A stretch of DNA of 64,000 nt from Candidatus Delongbacteria bacterium. GTDB taxonomy: Bacteria; CAIWAD01. Within the stretch, counting starts at the first letter, position 1. Each line of letters begins with the position of its first letter. Positions 20,055-29,717 of this stretch are shown piece after piece. The stretch spans positions 1,632,001 to 1,696,000 of the forward strand of contig OY760505.1 of the NCBI GenBank assembly GCA_963663545.1, given 5' to 3'. Under the pieces are notes generated by a model. It was not told the DNA's origin and did no database searches. It saw nothing but the letters and a program-made list of their open reading frames with translations. Both the position numbers and the translations under genes were made by a program.

Positions 20055-20516
20055 CTATAGAACCGCGACACGCGTCAGGCGCATGCCGAGTACACTTCGA
20101 TTTGGAGTGGGAAGACTACCCAGTCGTGATACAGCCCGAAAGACTACGCGCGCGCCCGGCTGGGCACCGTCGACGGAAGGCGGCAGCTCTTCGTAGTCCA
20201 TGACGCGGACGACGAACTGCCAGCTGGGCAAATCCAGGTGCGGGCGGAAAACACAGGTGTCAGCGGCGCGGTTGTTGTACAGGCGCACCAGTAGATCCAG
20301 CTGCTCGTCACGCAGGCTTCGCCCGTCACTTCCCGAGTGATACGTCAGTTCATAGACCAGGCGGTGGGCTGTATCACCGAAGATGTCGTTGCCCATCTGA
20401 TTCACCCAGCACTCGTCTACCTCGCGCTCCCACTTGGGATCACGCCCTGCGGGCGTCGGCAGGGTCACGCTCTGGCCATAGGCGATCAGTTGGGGCTTTC
20501 CCTTGCCGTAATACAC
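20055..20516 (-). CDS. putative tail protein
   Basis: Position in tail module; GTG start at 20516 with GGAGGG RBS. Confidence 0.5.
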   Translation of the reverse strand: MYYGKGKPQLIAYGQSVTLPTPAGRDPKWEREVDECWVNQMGNDIFGDTAHRLVYELTYHSGSDGRSLRDEQLDLLVRLYNNRAADTCVFRPHLDLPSWQFVVRVMDYEELPPSVDGAQPGARVVFRAVSRLGSLPTPNRSVLGMRLTRVAVL

Positions 20517-22080
20517 TAGCGGCCCTCCCGGATGGTGTGATACCGGAAGCGCTGCTCGTCTGTGCTGAAGTCCAGGTTGACCCATGTACCAGCGGGCGAA
20601 GCCGCAAGCAAACGAGCGTTTTCCGGCAGAAGCGAGATTGGGAATTCGGCATCGCGCACGGGCACAGGGCCACCGAAGCGGTCTACATACCACCAGTTCA
20701 AGGCCACCACATCACCGGCGCTGTAGTCAAGACGAAGCGGTCGTCTGCATCTGCGTCCGGGTCCTGTGTTTCCACACTGACCTCAGGCGGTGATACCGTC
20801 TCGACACTGTTCTCAACCGGCTTCAGTGCAAAGCGTGGATCTGGATCAGCGACGGAAATCTCGCCATCGGCGCGTGGCACAAAAACAACGGTCGAGCCCT
20901 CGAACTTCAGCATGTGGCCCGTCACCAGCGCAAAGACCTGCAGAAGGTCAGCCATGGACTTGTTCGCCCAGCGGCCCTTGATGATTTGAACCAGAGGGTC
21001 ACTCCACCAGGTGGCAAAGACACTTGCCGCTAAGGGCGGAGTGCTGTTGGCTGCGGCCCTGAAGGAGCGCACAAAGGCCCATGTGCCTTGCGGTGCGTCA
21101 TGGAACCCGATGATTTCATAGTCTGTGACCTCACCCCCCACTTGCCGCTTAACCCACCCAAGAGCGATCGAATCCGGAACACGCTCGCTTTCCATCGGAA
21201 GCTCTGTGCTACAGCCGATGTAGGAGTTCCATTGGCTATAGGCCTCAATACCTTCAAGCTCCTCCGTGAAGAGGGCCTCGGCAATGCCATTCTCAGGCAA
21301 TCCGTTTTCCGGAAGCGCCCAGTACTGAACGAGCCAGCGGCTCGGAGTCTCGAAGCGTCTCTGAACGCTAATCACAAGCCGTCCGTCGTAGTAGCGGCGT
21401 GCAATGCAGAGAGCGTTGAGCCGCTCGTTGTACGGTGCGTAGTCCCACTCTGGGTACATCCTGGGGATCAGATCGCCGTGATACTTGAGCTGGGGTGCGT
21501 CTCTGTCATAATAGGGGATGGGCAAAGTAGAGGTTGCACCGTTCGACAGGTAGCCGAGAAGCCCCTCTTGTGGTGGTGTTAGCTCATGTGGACCTAGCCC
21601 TTGAACAGGATTCTCAGGGTCGCCAAGCACTTGCACCGACCACTCGAGTGCGGGGTAGTTGGTTGGACGTTCTTCGTTGTACGTCGACAGAAGGTGCATT
21701 GCAACAGTGCTTAGGGGTCCTCCAAAGCGGCCCAGGTCGAAGACCCAGCGCAGACGCCCGTCCTCGCCGAATTCCTGCGAACCCGCCATGACTTCCTTCA
21801 GCGCCAGTGCTGGAGGATCAACCGTGATACGCGGCACATGCGTGGAAACGTCTTCCAGCTTTCCGATCTGGCCTGAAAGCGTGAACCGCTTTGTCGACAC
21901 CACGCAGGCCATGCCAACAACAGGTGTCACAGGCGCACTATCGTGCAGACGGAAGTCAAAGGACGAGACTCGCCACTCGAACCAGCCCGCGCCCTTGACG
22001 GAGGTTTCCAGCCACTCGGGCAGATCCTTGGTGACCACCCAGTAGGTAACATCGACGCCATCCAGCCAGACGCGGATCAC
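20516..22080 (-). pseudogene. tail tip/baseplate-hub-like protein split by an apparent 1-nt frameshift near 20740
   Basis: ORF 20698-22080 and ORF 20516-20710 join as ...DD-PLRLDYSAGDVVALNWWY if one base is restored; follows the tape measure gene. Confidence 0.55.
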
Positions 22081-24815
22081 GAGAGCCTCCCGCGGTTGGC
22101 GTGGGAGAGCGCGCGAGCGGTTTCTGCAGGTGCGCTGGCCATGATGGTCTCCAGCCGACTCAGGCGAGTGTCAACGCTCTTGAGTAGCGCGTGGCTTTGT
22201 GTATCACCGGCTCCATTCTGGAGGGCTGCCTGGATAGCTACCGGAATGATCTCGCTTTGGATCACGCTCTTGAAGTCGTGCATCGGTGCAACCAGCTCAG
22301 GGCCGGTCTTGTGGATGGCTTCGCCCATAAGCGCCATCATGGGGCGGTCAATCAGGCCGCCGGTCTCGAAAGCGGTGATCGCCCCTTTTGCAGCAGCAAA
22401 CAGTCCTTCGATCAGGATGAACTTGGGCAGGTTCTTACCAATGGACGTCCAGTTCATGATCCCTTCGGCGGTCATCCAGGCCTCAGAGATCAGCATTTTG
22501 ATGCGCAGCGCGTCGACGGCGGTCACCAGCACCGCCTTGAGCATGTTCTTCCAGCCTTCGTCCGCGCCTGCGGCTGCTGCACCAAAGGCATTACCGATGG
22601 TCACGGCGGCGTTCTGGTACAGGCCGACGCGGAACTGCAATCGCTGCTGCTCTTTCTGCATCAGCTGCTGCTGGAGCTTGGCGCGATTCTCTTCTGCAGC
22701 CTTCTCAGCAGCCAGGCGCTTGGCCTCTTCTGACTCGTAGAGCTGGGTCAGTTCGACGTAGTACTTGGCCCAGTCGTCCTTGCTGGTGTCCTGGCTGAAG
22801 AGCTGCTCTTCCAGCCACTCACGGCGCGCGTCGGTAGAAATGCGCGAGAGGATCTCGGCGTACTTGCCAGCGTCTTCCGCCTGCTGCTGGATCACATTCC
22901 CTACACTTGCATCCGGTGCCGGGAGCTTCGGCTGCGCCATGGTGCCTAGCTGTTCATTGTACTGCCCGAGCTTCCCTTGAAGCACTTCCATCTGGGCTCG
23001 CAGTTCGGCGTTTGTATCACGCAATCCCTGAGCACGCGTATCAAGATCGCCGATGGCCTGGGCGGCTGTGTTCTCGATGCTGCGCAGCGCCTGCTCACTT
23101 TGCGCAAGCTCGCTTGTGAACTCGCGCGCGCCATTGCGGAAAGGCATGGAGGGATCGAAGCCACCAAGCGCTGTGCCGGAAACACCCGAATTCGACAGCA
23201 TGTCGTACCACGCAGAGAGATCTAGTCCCGTTTCCGCCATCCGCTCCTCGAACTGGAGCTTGATGGCTTCTACGGCTTCCTGCACGTCATCCGCCGACTG
23301 TCCTGGATCCAGTTTCAACTGAAGGAACTCTTCCAGGTTCACGCGCTGACTGGGCATCTCGGAGAGCGCCTCGTTGTTCTCGATGATCTGGCGCTGCAGC
23401 CGGGCCGCCTCTTCGAAAGTCTCCGTGTAGAGATCCTTCAGGGCGGCCTGGCGGATGTTCTCCTGAAGCGCCTGGGTAGCCTGGCGAATGGCCGAGGAGA
23501 TATCGGTCCAGCTGCCCTTCTGGAGGTCAATGTCCGCAGTCAGCTCCGGGAACTCATCATGCAGCCGTGCTACAGCCGCGCGCAGCTGCTCCTGCTCGCC
23601 TTCGGTCAGATCCGACTCACCACGCAAGAGGCGCACCTGCTCAATCAGCGAAGAGAAGTTGTGCAAGCGCTCGCGTGCTACAAACTCCTCATCGCGCGCA
23701 AGACCGCCGAAGGCCTTGGTCATACCGGTGGCCAGGTCAGCCAGCGTGGGAAGCACAGCGTCGCCAGCTACGCGTGCCCAAGCCGACATGTGATTCTTGA
23801 TGATCTCCCAGGCGTTGGCGCCGGTGCGCATCTTCTCATAGGCAGCCTCAGACGCGCCCACACTGTCGTTCAGTGCGTCCAGCTTCTTGGTGTACATGTC
23901 GAACTGTTCACCCGATAGCGCCATTGCGCCGGTCATGGCCTCGACTTCGGGCACCAGGCGGGCAATCTGTTCGCTGTTGCCGCCGGTCTTGTTCTTCATC
24001 TCCTGCAGAAGGCCGATGAGACCCTGTGCGCGTGCGCCCTCTGCGTTCCACTCAATCCCCAGCTCCTCAGCGGCTTCCTTGGCGTCCTTGCTGGGACGCA
24101 CGAGGCTGACCAGCATGCCACGCAAGGCGGTGACGGCTTCCGGCGTGCGCAGGCCGCCCGCTGTCAGCGTGGCCACCGACGCCAGGACTTCCTCAAGGGA
24201 CAGTCCCAGCTGTTTGGCCTGAGGCAGCACCTTACCGATGGAGGGAGCCAGCTCGCCAAAGGTCGTCTTGCCCTCGCGCACGGTCACAAAGAGCAGGTCG
24301 CTCATGTGTTCTGCGTACTCAGCGCCCAGGCTGTAGGCGTTGAGCATGTTGGTGATACCGTCCACCGCGGTAAAGGCATCTGTAACACCGCCGACAGCGG
24401 CCTTGGCACTGATTTCAAGCACGTCAAGCGATTGACCGGTCTGTGTCACGCCAGCGGAGATGGTCTGATAAAGACCTTTGCCCAGCTCGCTTGCCGCCTG
24501 CGGAAGTTCCAGGGACATTTCAACCACGCGGTCGGACAGCCGCCCGAACTGGCGCTCGGACATATCGGTCAGGGTGTAGACTTCAGATAGCGAGGTCTGC
24601 AGCTCCATCGAGGACTGCACACCGGCGCGCAGCGATGCCAGGCCGGACACGATGCCGGTGAGCGGCAGTAGCACGCTGTTGGCGGCACTGGCGGCCATGG
24701 TGAAGGGCGTAGGAAGCGTAGTGCCCAGCTTCTCGGACTCGCTGCCCAGGACGCTGAACTTGCCCATGACATCGCCGATGTCAGCAAAAACCCTGATGCC
24801 CAGATCGTTACGCAC
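22077..24815 (-). CDS. tape measure protein (TP901 family)
   Basis: 912 aa, Ala-rich helical; LYQTISAG, GKTTFGELA core; C-terminal FETGG..GEA..GPELVAP. Confidence 0.92.
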   Translation of the reverse strand: MRNDLGIRVFADIGDVMGKFSVLGSESEKLGTTLPTPFTMAASAANSVLLPLTGIVSGLASLRAGVQSSMELQTSLSEVYTLTDMSERQFGRLSDRVVEMSLELPQAASELGKGLYQTISAGVTQTGQSLDVLEISAKAAVGGVTDAFTAVDGITNMLNAYSLGAEYAEHMSDLLFVTVREGKTTFGELAPSIGKVLPQAKQLGLSLEEVLASVATLTAGGLRTPEAVTALRGMLVSLVRPSKDAKEAAEELGIEWNAEGARAQGLIGLLQEMKNKTGGNSEQIARLVPEVEAMTGAMALSGEQFDMYTKKLDALNDSVGASEAAYEKMRTGANAWEIIKNHMSAWARVAGDAVLPTLADLATGMTKAFGGLARDEEFVARERLHNFSSLIEQVRLLRGESDLTEGEQEQLRAAVARLHDEFPELTADIDLQKGSWTDISSAIRQATQALQENIRQAALKDLYTETFEEAARLQRQIIENNEALSEMPSQRVNLEEFLQLKLDPGQSADDVQEAVEAIKLQFEERMAETGLDLSAWYDMLSNSGVSGTALGGFDPSMPFRNGAREFTSELAQSEQALRSIENTAAQAIGDLDTRAQGLRDTNAELRAQMEVLQGKLGQYNEQLGTMAQPKLPAPDASVGNVIQQQAEDAGKYAEILSRISTDARREWLEEQLFSQDTSKDDWAKYYVELTQLYESEEAKRLAAEKAAEENRAKLQQQLMQKEQQRLQFRVGLYQNAAVTIGNAFGAAAAGADEGWKNMLKAVLVTAVDALRIKMLISEAWMTAEGIMNWTSIGKNLPKFILIEGLFAAAKGAITAFETGGLIDRPMMALMGEAIHKTGPELVAPMHDFKSVIQSEIIPVAIQAALQNGAGDTQSHALLKSVDTRLSRLETIMASAPAETARALSHANRGRLS

Positions 24816-25319
24816 GCTTGCGCATTCCTCGCATGATGGTGAGCCATTTCAGCGCCTGCGTGTAGGGCAGGTCAGAAATGGCGTCTTCGCGTGTTACATC
24901 TTCCTGGCAAAGGAGGTAGACCAGTTCAGCCAGGCGCTTGCGAAGGCCTAAGGGCGTGTCATCGACAAACAGCTCTTCCAGTGCCCCCCGACGCTTCGCC
25001 AGGCGCTCCAGCTCCTTCAGGTACGGCGCTACGCGCTTCTCGGCGCAGCGCTGCTGGCGAAAAAAGCCTGAAGGGCTCCTTGCAGCTCGCTGAAAGGAAT
25101 GGTGCCCTCGTCGATCTCATCGAAGGGACCCTCCAGCAGCAGCGCCAGGTAGCGCTTGAGCTTTCCTTCCTCGCGCGCAAGCTTCAGTGTATCACGCAGC
25201 GTGCCGCCCACGAGCTTCAGGCCGGTTTCCTCTTCCAGTTCAAGCAGCTGATCCATGCGGCGCACGGTCAGTTCGGGAAGGAGCTGAAAGAGCTTTTCCT
25301 GGATCACAACAGCGCTCAT
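24808..25319 (-). CDS. tail assembly chaperone pair (gpG 25029-25319; gpGT via -1 frameshift to the stop at 24808)
   Basis: Slippery T TTT TTC at 25059-25065; the -1 frame stays open to a TAA overlapping the tape measure start. Confidence 0.75.
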
Positions 25320-25741
25320 CAGGCAGTGGCCTCCACGGTCATGATGTCGGCCATGGTTGCGCCAGCACCAACAGAGCGGGTCCAGTGGATGACGTAGCCG
25401 AAAGACTCCATGGTCAGCCAGACCAGATCAACGAGAAGCGTGACCGTCTTGCCCTTGTTGAGGAAGTCCAGCTCAATGGTCTTGATCGTTGTCAGGGCGG
25501 CCTCAATGGCCTCGATGGTGGTCTGGTCCCACTCGTCAATCAGCAGCGTGCCGTCGCCCTCGATCCCAGACAGCCACTTGTCCGTGTTGCCATCGCTGAG
25601 CTTCTTGCTGCCCATTTTCTCGGTGGGCTTGTACTTGATGGCGTCGTAGTCAATGCCCGTGAACGTGGCCACGGCAGTGGTACCTGCCATCAACCGTGCA
25701 TTGATCGGTCCGGTCAGAACTCCAGCAGTGTTAAAACTCAT
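25319..25741 (-). CDS. putative major tail (tube) protein
   Basis: Synteny immediately upstream of chaperone and tape measure; beta-rich 140 aa. Confidence 0.55.
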   Translation of the reverse strand: MSFNTAGVLTGPINARLMAGTTAVATFTGIDYDAIKYKPTEKMGSKKLSDGNTDKWLSGIEGDGTLLIDEWDQTTIEAIEAALTTIKTIELDFLNKGKTVTLLVDLVWLTMESFGYVIHWTRSVGAGATMADIMTVEATA

Positions 25742-25753
25742 GTGTCACATCCT

Positions 25754-26152
25754 TTAGATTTCAGCTTTCCATACGATGTCGGCGACAGCGGAGGTCACGC
25801 CCTCCAGCTCCGGGCCGCAGTGCACCTCAAACTCCATTAGGCCACTTGTCCCGGCCAGGTAGTGCAGTGTCTCTTCCATTGTGGCCACGTAGCCGGTCAG
25901 CTCTTCCTCGCGTGCCAGGTAGGCTTCCTCGCTGCCGTCGTAGTGCACCGTGATACTCGCGCTCATGGTCACCGAATGCGTGGGCCGACCGCGAGCGTTT
26001 TCCTCACGCTGCCAGCCCAGGAGCATCAGCTCACAGGTGTGATCCAGTTCGCCAGACAGATTCAGCTGCGTCTTTCGCACAACCAGTTCGGGAAGTGCCT
26101 CGTCAAGTGCGGCTGCCGCTGTATCACGATACGCAAGCGCTGAATGCATCAT
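25754..26152 (-). CDS. putative tail terminator
   Basis: Acidic 132 aa; synteny. Confidence 0.45.
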   Translation of the reverse strand: MMHSALAYRDTAAAALDEALPELVVRKTQLNLSGELDHTCELMLLGWQREENARGRPTHSVTMSASITVHYDGSEEAYLAREEELTGYVATMEETLHYLAGTSGLMEFEVHCGPELEGVTSAVADIVWKAEI

Positions 26153-26694
26153 TCCCTCCAGGCCTTGCCAACCTGCTCGGGCAGTGCCTTCACCAGCGCA
26201 CGGTGCGCCCAGGTCTTGTGGTCCTCAAAGGACTGGTCGAAGAAGGGGCGCGGACGAATGCCACGGAGATAGATGGCCCACTGGATCTGGCGCGCCAGCT
26301 CGAAGTCCTCGAAGCGTTGCACGTACTTGTTACCCAACCGGCGGTGCGTCTTCACGCTGTAGCGGCCAGTCAATCGCTTCACATGCACCCAGTCCAGAAT
26401 GGGCTTCATGGGCGGCATCTTTCCCGGCTTGCGTCCATCGTGGACCCACTCGGCATACTTGGTATTGGCCACAAGCGTGCCCTCTACCAGACGACCGCGC
26501 GCCCGTACTTGTGCACGGATCGAGCGGATCAGATCTCCGCGCGCGTAGAGCCCGGCCTTCTGCATGTCGCGCTGAGTACGCGCCGCCCAGCCCATCGAAA
26601 CCTGTGTCACGCTGCGCACAAAGGCCGCCTGCACCGCTTTCCGCCGATGCGGAAGCGAGGAAGACAGACGGTTGTTGACGGTGATGTGATACAT
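26149..26694 (-). CDS. HK97 gp10-like tail completion/neck protein
   Basis: G.LIRSI...YAEWVHDG.KPG.MPP...GIRPRPFF. Confidence 0.8.
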   Translation of the reverse strand: MYHITVNNRLSSSLPHRRKAVQAAFVRSVTQVSMGWAARTQRDMQKAGLYARGDLIRSIRAQVRARGRLVEGTLVANTKYAEWVHDGRKPGKMPPMKPILDWVHVKRLTGRYSVKTHRRLGNKYVQRFEDFELARQIQWAIYLRGIRPRPFFDQSFEDHKTWAHRALVKALPEQVGKAWRE

Positions 26695-27171
26695 CAGGGC
26701 TCCGGCGCAAGCACACTCAGGGAGAAGGCTTCAAGAATCAGGTCGGGGTTCTCGTCTTCGTCTTCCTCAGGGCGCGGCAGGTAGGTGTCGATGATCTCAT
26801 CCACTTGTTCACGCCACTGAGCGCGCAAAGCGGCCAGCTCGCCCTTGTCCAAAAGGCCCACATCGGTGTTGCCGCCCGTCCGGCCACCGGTGCGGTGAAG
26901 GCCCTTGGCGGTGGCCACGTGCGTCATGAAGGGCAGGAGATACCAGCCGGCCAAAATGGCCTCAGCCAGGATCAGCGCCTTTCTGTCGTCCTCGGTGTAG
27001 GTGAGGCGTTGTCAGACCGGAGATCTGTTCGTACACATCACCGGGCTCTGATGCAGTCAGCATCCGGCGCAGGTGGCGCTCGGCCTGGGCCAGATGCGGC
27101 TGAACCAGGCTGTCGTCCACCTGCGCGAAGTTGCAGTGCTTCTTGACGTCTTCCACCGTTGCCGTGGACAT
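26694..27171 (-). pseudogene. head-tail connector split by an apparent frameshift near 27000
   Basis: MSTATVEDVKKHC (gp6-like start) continues in another frame as YTEDDRKALILAEAILAGWYLLP. Confidence 0.6.
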
Positions 27172-27174
27172 GGC

Positions 27175-27462
27175 CTATCCCTTGACCTTCACACGGCCCG
27201 CGAATTCGGTTTCGGGCACCAGGTAGCAAGAATGCGTAGGCTTGATGGAGGCGAACTCCGTAGCCGTCAGCTCCACGCGCGTGCCGTAGGTCAGGCTGAC
27301 ACGGCGCTTCTTCTCAATCAGGAAGCTGGCGCTGCCCAGGCCTGTCCAGACGTAGGGCTTCTTCGGCTGTGCCTTGGGCGCATCCTTGGTTTCGGTCTGT
27401 GTCACATTGCCCTCGCCCTGTGTCACATCGCCCTCAGGGGCCGGGTCTTTCTTCTTGGTCAT
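27175..27462 (-). CDS. hypothetical phage protein
   Basis: GGGAG RBS, MTKKKDP; directly downstream of the capsid gene. Confidence 0.6.
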   Translation of the reverse strand: MTKKKDPAPEGDVTQGEGNVTQTETKDAPKAQPKKPYVWTGLGSASFLIEKKRRVSLTYGTRVELTATEFASIKPTHSCYLVPETEFAGRVKVKG

Positions 27463-27481
27463 GAAATCGCTCCCATTTAGG

Positions 27482-27510
27482 AAAGGCAGGGAGCAAAAGC
27501 CCCCTGCCCG
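27482..27510 (-). terminator. hairpin terminator after the capsid gene
   Basis: Minus strand GGCAGGGGGC-TTTT-GCTCCCTGCC-TTTC. Confidence 0.6.
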
Positions 27511-27528
27511 TCCACACACCAGTGCCGA

Positions 27529-29556
27529 TTAGGAGAAGTTCTCGGAGTACACGATCGCGTCAGCGTCGCGGAACTCGTAGTCGGTCTTGCCCTTCAGCGT
27601 GTGCTGAATCGTGTCCAGGCGCGGCTTGCGTTCTGTGTGGTAGCGCAGCTGGTACCACACACCCATCACGAAGTTGGAGTGCGGCGTCAGCAGGATCTTC
27701 TGCTGCGACAGCTCCTCGACGCCCTCGCACATCTTGGGCACGGGCATCACCTCGTAACCCAGACGGCGCGGCGTCGCACCATCGATGATGTAGGCATCAC
27801 CGCGCGCAGTCGGACGCTCGCCCAGCTGCTCGACGTAGGCGTCGTAGACTTCCTGATGGCAGAAGAAGCGCAGCTTCAGGCCACGGTACTTGGGCGGCAT
27901 CCGGCGGATCATGCCGGGGAACACCACGTTCAGGTAGTCGGTGGAGCCGTCATGATCGAACTTGTGCACGGCAGGATCGTTGGCCGCGATCTTCAGCCAG
28001 CCGTCGTTCATGCGCAGGAAGTTGTTGTCATGCGGTTCCGGCATCGCGGCCAGGGACACATTGCCGTTCATGCCCAGGTCCACGCCATCGAGCGACCAGA
28101 CGCGCGTCAACTGAGTACGCAGCCACAGCTCGGCGCTGTCGCCCAAGACGTTGTGGTCGTACCAGTCTTCCTCGATGTCGTAGGGCGTGATCATCTTCGC
28201 GGGATTGAGCAGACGCTCAGTCATGCTCACTTCGCCGGTGATGTCCGGGTAGGTGTCCGGGATGACCACACGGCTACGGCGCGTGGCTGCGTCCAGGCGC
28301 GGAATGCGCTGGTTGGGCGAGCGCACGGAAGTGATGGTGATGCCCTTCAGGAAGGCATCCACATCCGCCACGGCGGCCAGCACAGCGTCAAAGACTTCGG
28401 GCGACATGGTGGATGCGGCGGTCGGGGAGATCAGACCCTTTTCCAGCGCGTCGATGTACTCGCCCACAGTCGGGGATTCGGTGCCCGTCCAGCCGGGAAT
28501 GTTGGCGAAGGTACCCTTCCAGACCTTCACACTGCCGGGCGCCTTGGTGACTTCCAGACGATCGCTGGGGATGTAGGCTGGCGCACGCTTCTCGAGGGTC
28601 TCAAGACGCTGGTTCACGGGAGCCATTGCCTTGGCGACTGCGCCCTGCAAGGCGGCCACCACATCCTCGATGCTGGGCTCATCGTCCTCTTCGGGCGGCT
28701 GAGGCGCAGGGGCTGCGGCGGCCTTGTTCACAGGCACGGCCTCGGGCTCGGCAGGCGCCTGCGGGGTGGGTGCTTCCTCTTCGCCCACCTGCTTGGCCAA
28801 TGCGGCCATGCCAGCGAAGAACTTCTTCAGCTTGGTAGACATGCTACCTGCCTCCTTGGTTTTCATGAGGCCCTGTGCCTCGTCTAGGACTTCTCGCAGA
28901 GCTGCTTTCTCTTCGTCGGAACTGGGCGGCGCCTGGTAGTAAGTCTCCCAGAGCGTGTTACAGATGGACTCCAGCAGCCGTAATACATGGCGCTTGTCCA
29001 TGTCCTCGCTCACGCTGAGCTTGGCCAGGTCCACCGCCTGCTTGGCCAGCTTCTTCCGGTCGCTCTTGGTCACGGTCACCCCTTCCTTCACAAGGGAACT
29101 TCCGCTAAAACTGAAGGCCTTCAGCTCGCCCTTTTCCACGCGTTCCCAGGTCTTGTCCACAACGATCTGTCGTGTTACAGCCCAGGCGCCCACATCATTG
29201 GGAAACAGCGGATCGCCCTCGCGGATCTTCCAGACCTCGCAGAAGTAGTCCTCGGTGGGAACCTCGTCGTGCTCGATGTCGCCAGCGATGCCAGAAGCCA
29301 CGCGCCCCTTGCGCATGAAGCCGTGCATGGTCCAGTCGAAATCGGCTTCGGTGCTGAAGTCGCCATGTGCGTCCAGTTCGCCAATGCCGTACACGACGCC
29401 GGTGACCTGACGCTTGGCTGCGTCCACCTTGCGGATCGGCACAGCCAGCTCGAAGTGGCCACCTGCCTTGGCAATGAAGTAGCGCCGGTTGGCGCCTTCC
29501 GGCACCAGGCTGATGAACTCCATATCGATCTTGGTCAGGCGACGACCGCGCGGCAT
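27529..29556 (-). CDS. fused prohead protease (XkdF-like), scaffold and major capsid protein
   Basis: EFISLVPEGAN, V.GVVY...DAHGD, DIEHD, W.RVEKGELKAFSFSG; Pro/Ala linker; capsid part DLGMNG..FLRMNDGWLK..MPPKYR. Confidence 0.85.
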   Translation of the reverse strand: MPRGRRLTKIDMEFISLVPEGANRRYFIAKAGGHFELAVPIRKVDAAKRQVTGVVYGIGELDAHGDFSTEADFDWTMHGFMRKGRVASGIAGDIEHDEVPTEDYFCEVWKIREGDPLFPNDVGAWAVTRQIVVDKTWERVEKGELKAFSFSGSSLVKEGVTVTKSDRKKLAKQAVDLAKLSVSEDMDKRHVLRLLESICNTLWETYYQAPPSSDEEKAALREVLDEAQGLMKTKEAGSMSTKLKKFFAGMAALAKQVGEEEAPTPQAPAEPEAVPVNKAAAAPAPQPPEEDDEPSIEDVVAALQGAVAKAMAPVNQRLETLEKRAPAYIPSDRLEVTKAPGSVKVWKGTFANIPGWTGTESPTVGEYIDALEKGLISPTAASTMSPEVFDAVLAAVADVDAFLKGITITSVRSPNQRIPRLDAATRRSRVVIPDTYPDITGEVSMTERLLNPAKMITPYDIEEDWYDHNVLGDSAELWLRTQLTRVWSLDGVDLGMNGNVSLAAMPEPHDNNFLRMNDGWLKIAANDPAVHKFDHDGSTDYLNVVFPGMIRRMPPKYRGLKLRFFCHQEVYDAYVEQLGERPTARGDAYIIDGATPRRLGYEVMPVPKMCEGVEELSQQKILLTPHSNFVMGVWYQLRYHTERKPRLDTIQHTLKGKTDYEFRDADAIVYSENFS

Positions 29557-29628
29557 AATCCAGCTCCGAATTCTGCGTTGACGGTCACACGATACGAGGG
29601 GCGGGCTGTGTGTCACAAGGAAAGCTTG

Positions 29629-29658
29629 TCTACATAGTGGGTATACCCGGTATGTAGA
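29629..29658. promoter_or_regulatory. 30-bp near-perfect palindrome between divergent capsid and portal genes
   Basis: TCTACATA-GT-GGGTATACCC-GG-TATGTAGA. Confidence 0.65.
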
Positions 29659-29717
29659 ATGAAATTCGTGGTCCCTTGGGCCGCTTCCACCTTTCTTGGG
29701 CGGCAAAGGAGGCCCTC

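Noticed and set aside
27601..28887. Long plus-strand ORFs opposite phage and host genes (also 37299-38183, 40467-41822, 41876-42703, 58737-59807)
   Set aside because: Antisense shadows typical of GC-rich coding DNA, with no motifs or RBS
29629..29658. Protelomerase telRL site
   Set aside because: No protelomerase gene; the element has an integrase and att sites
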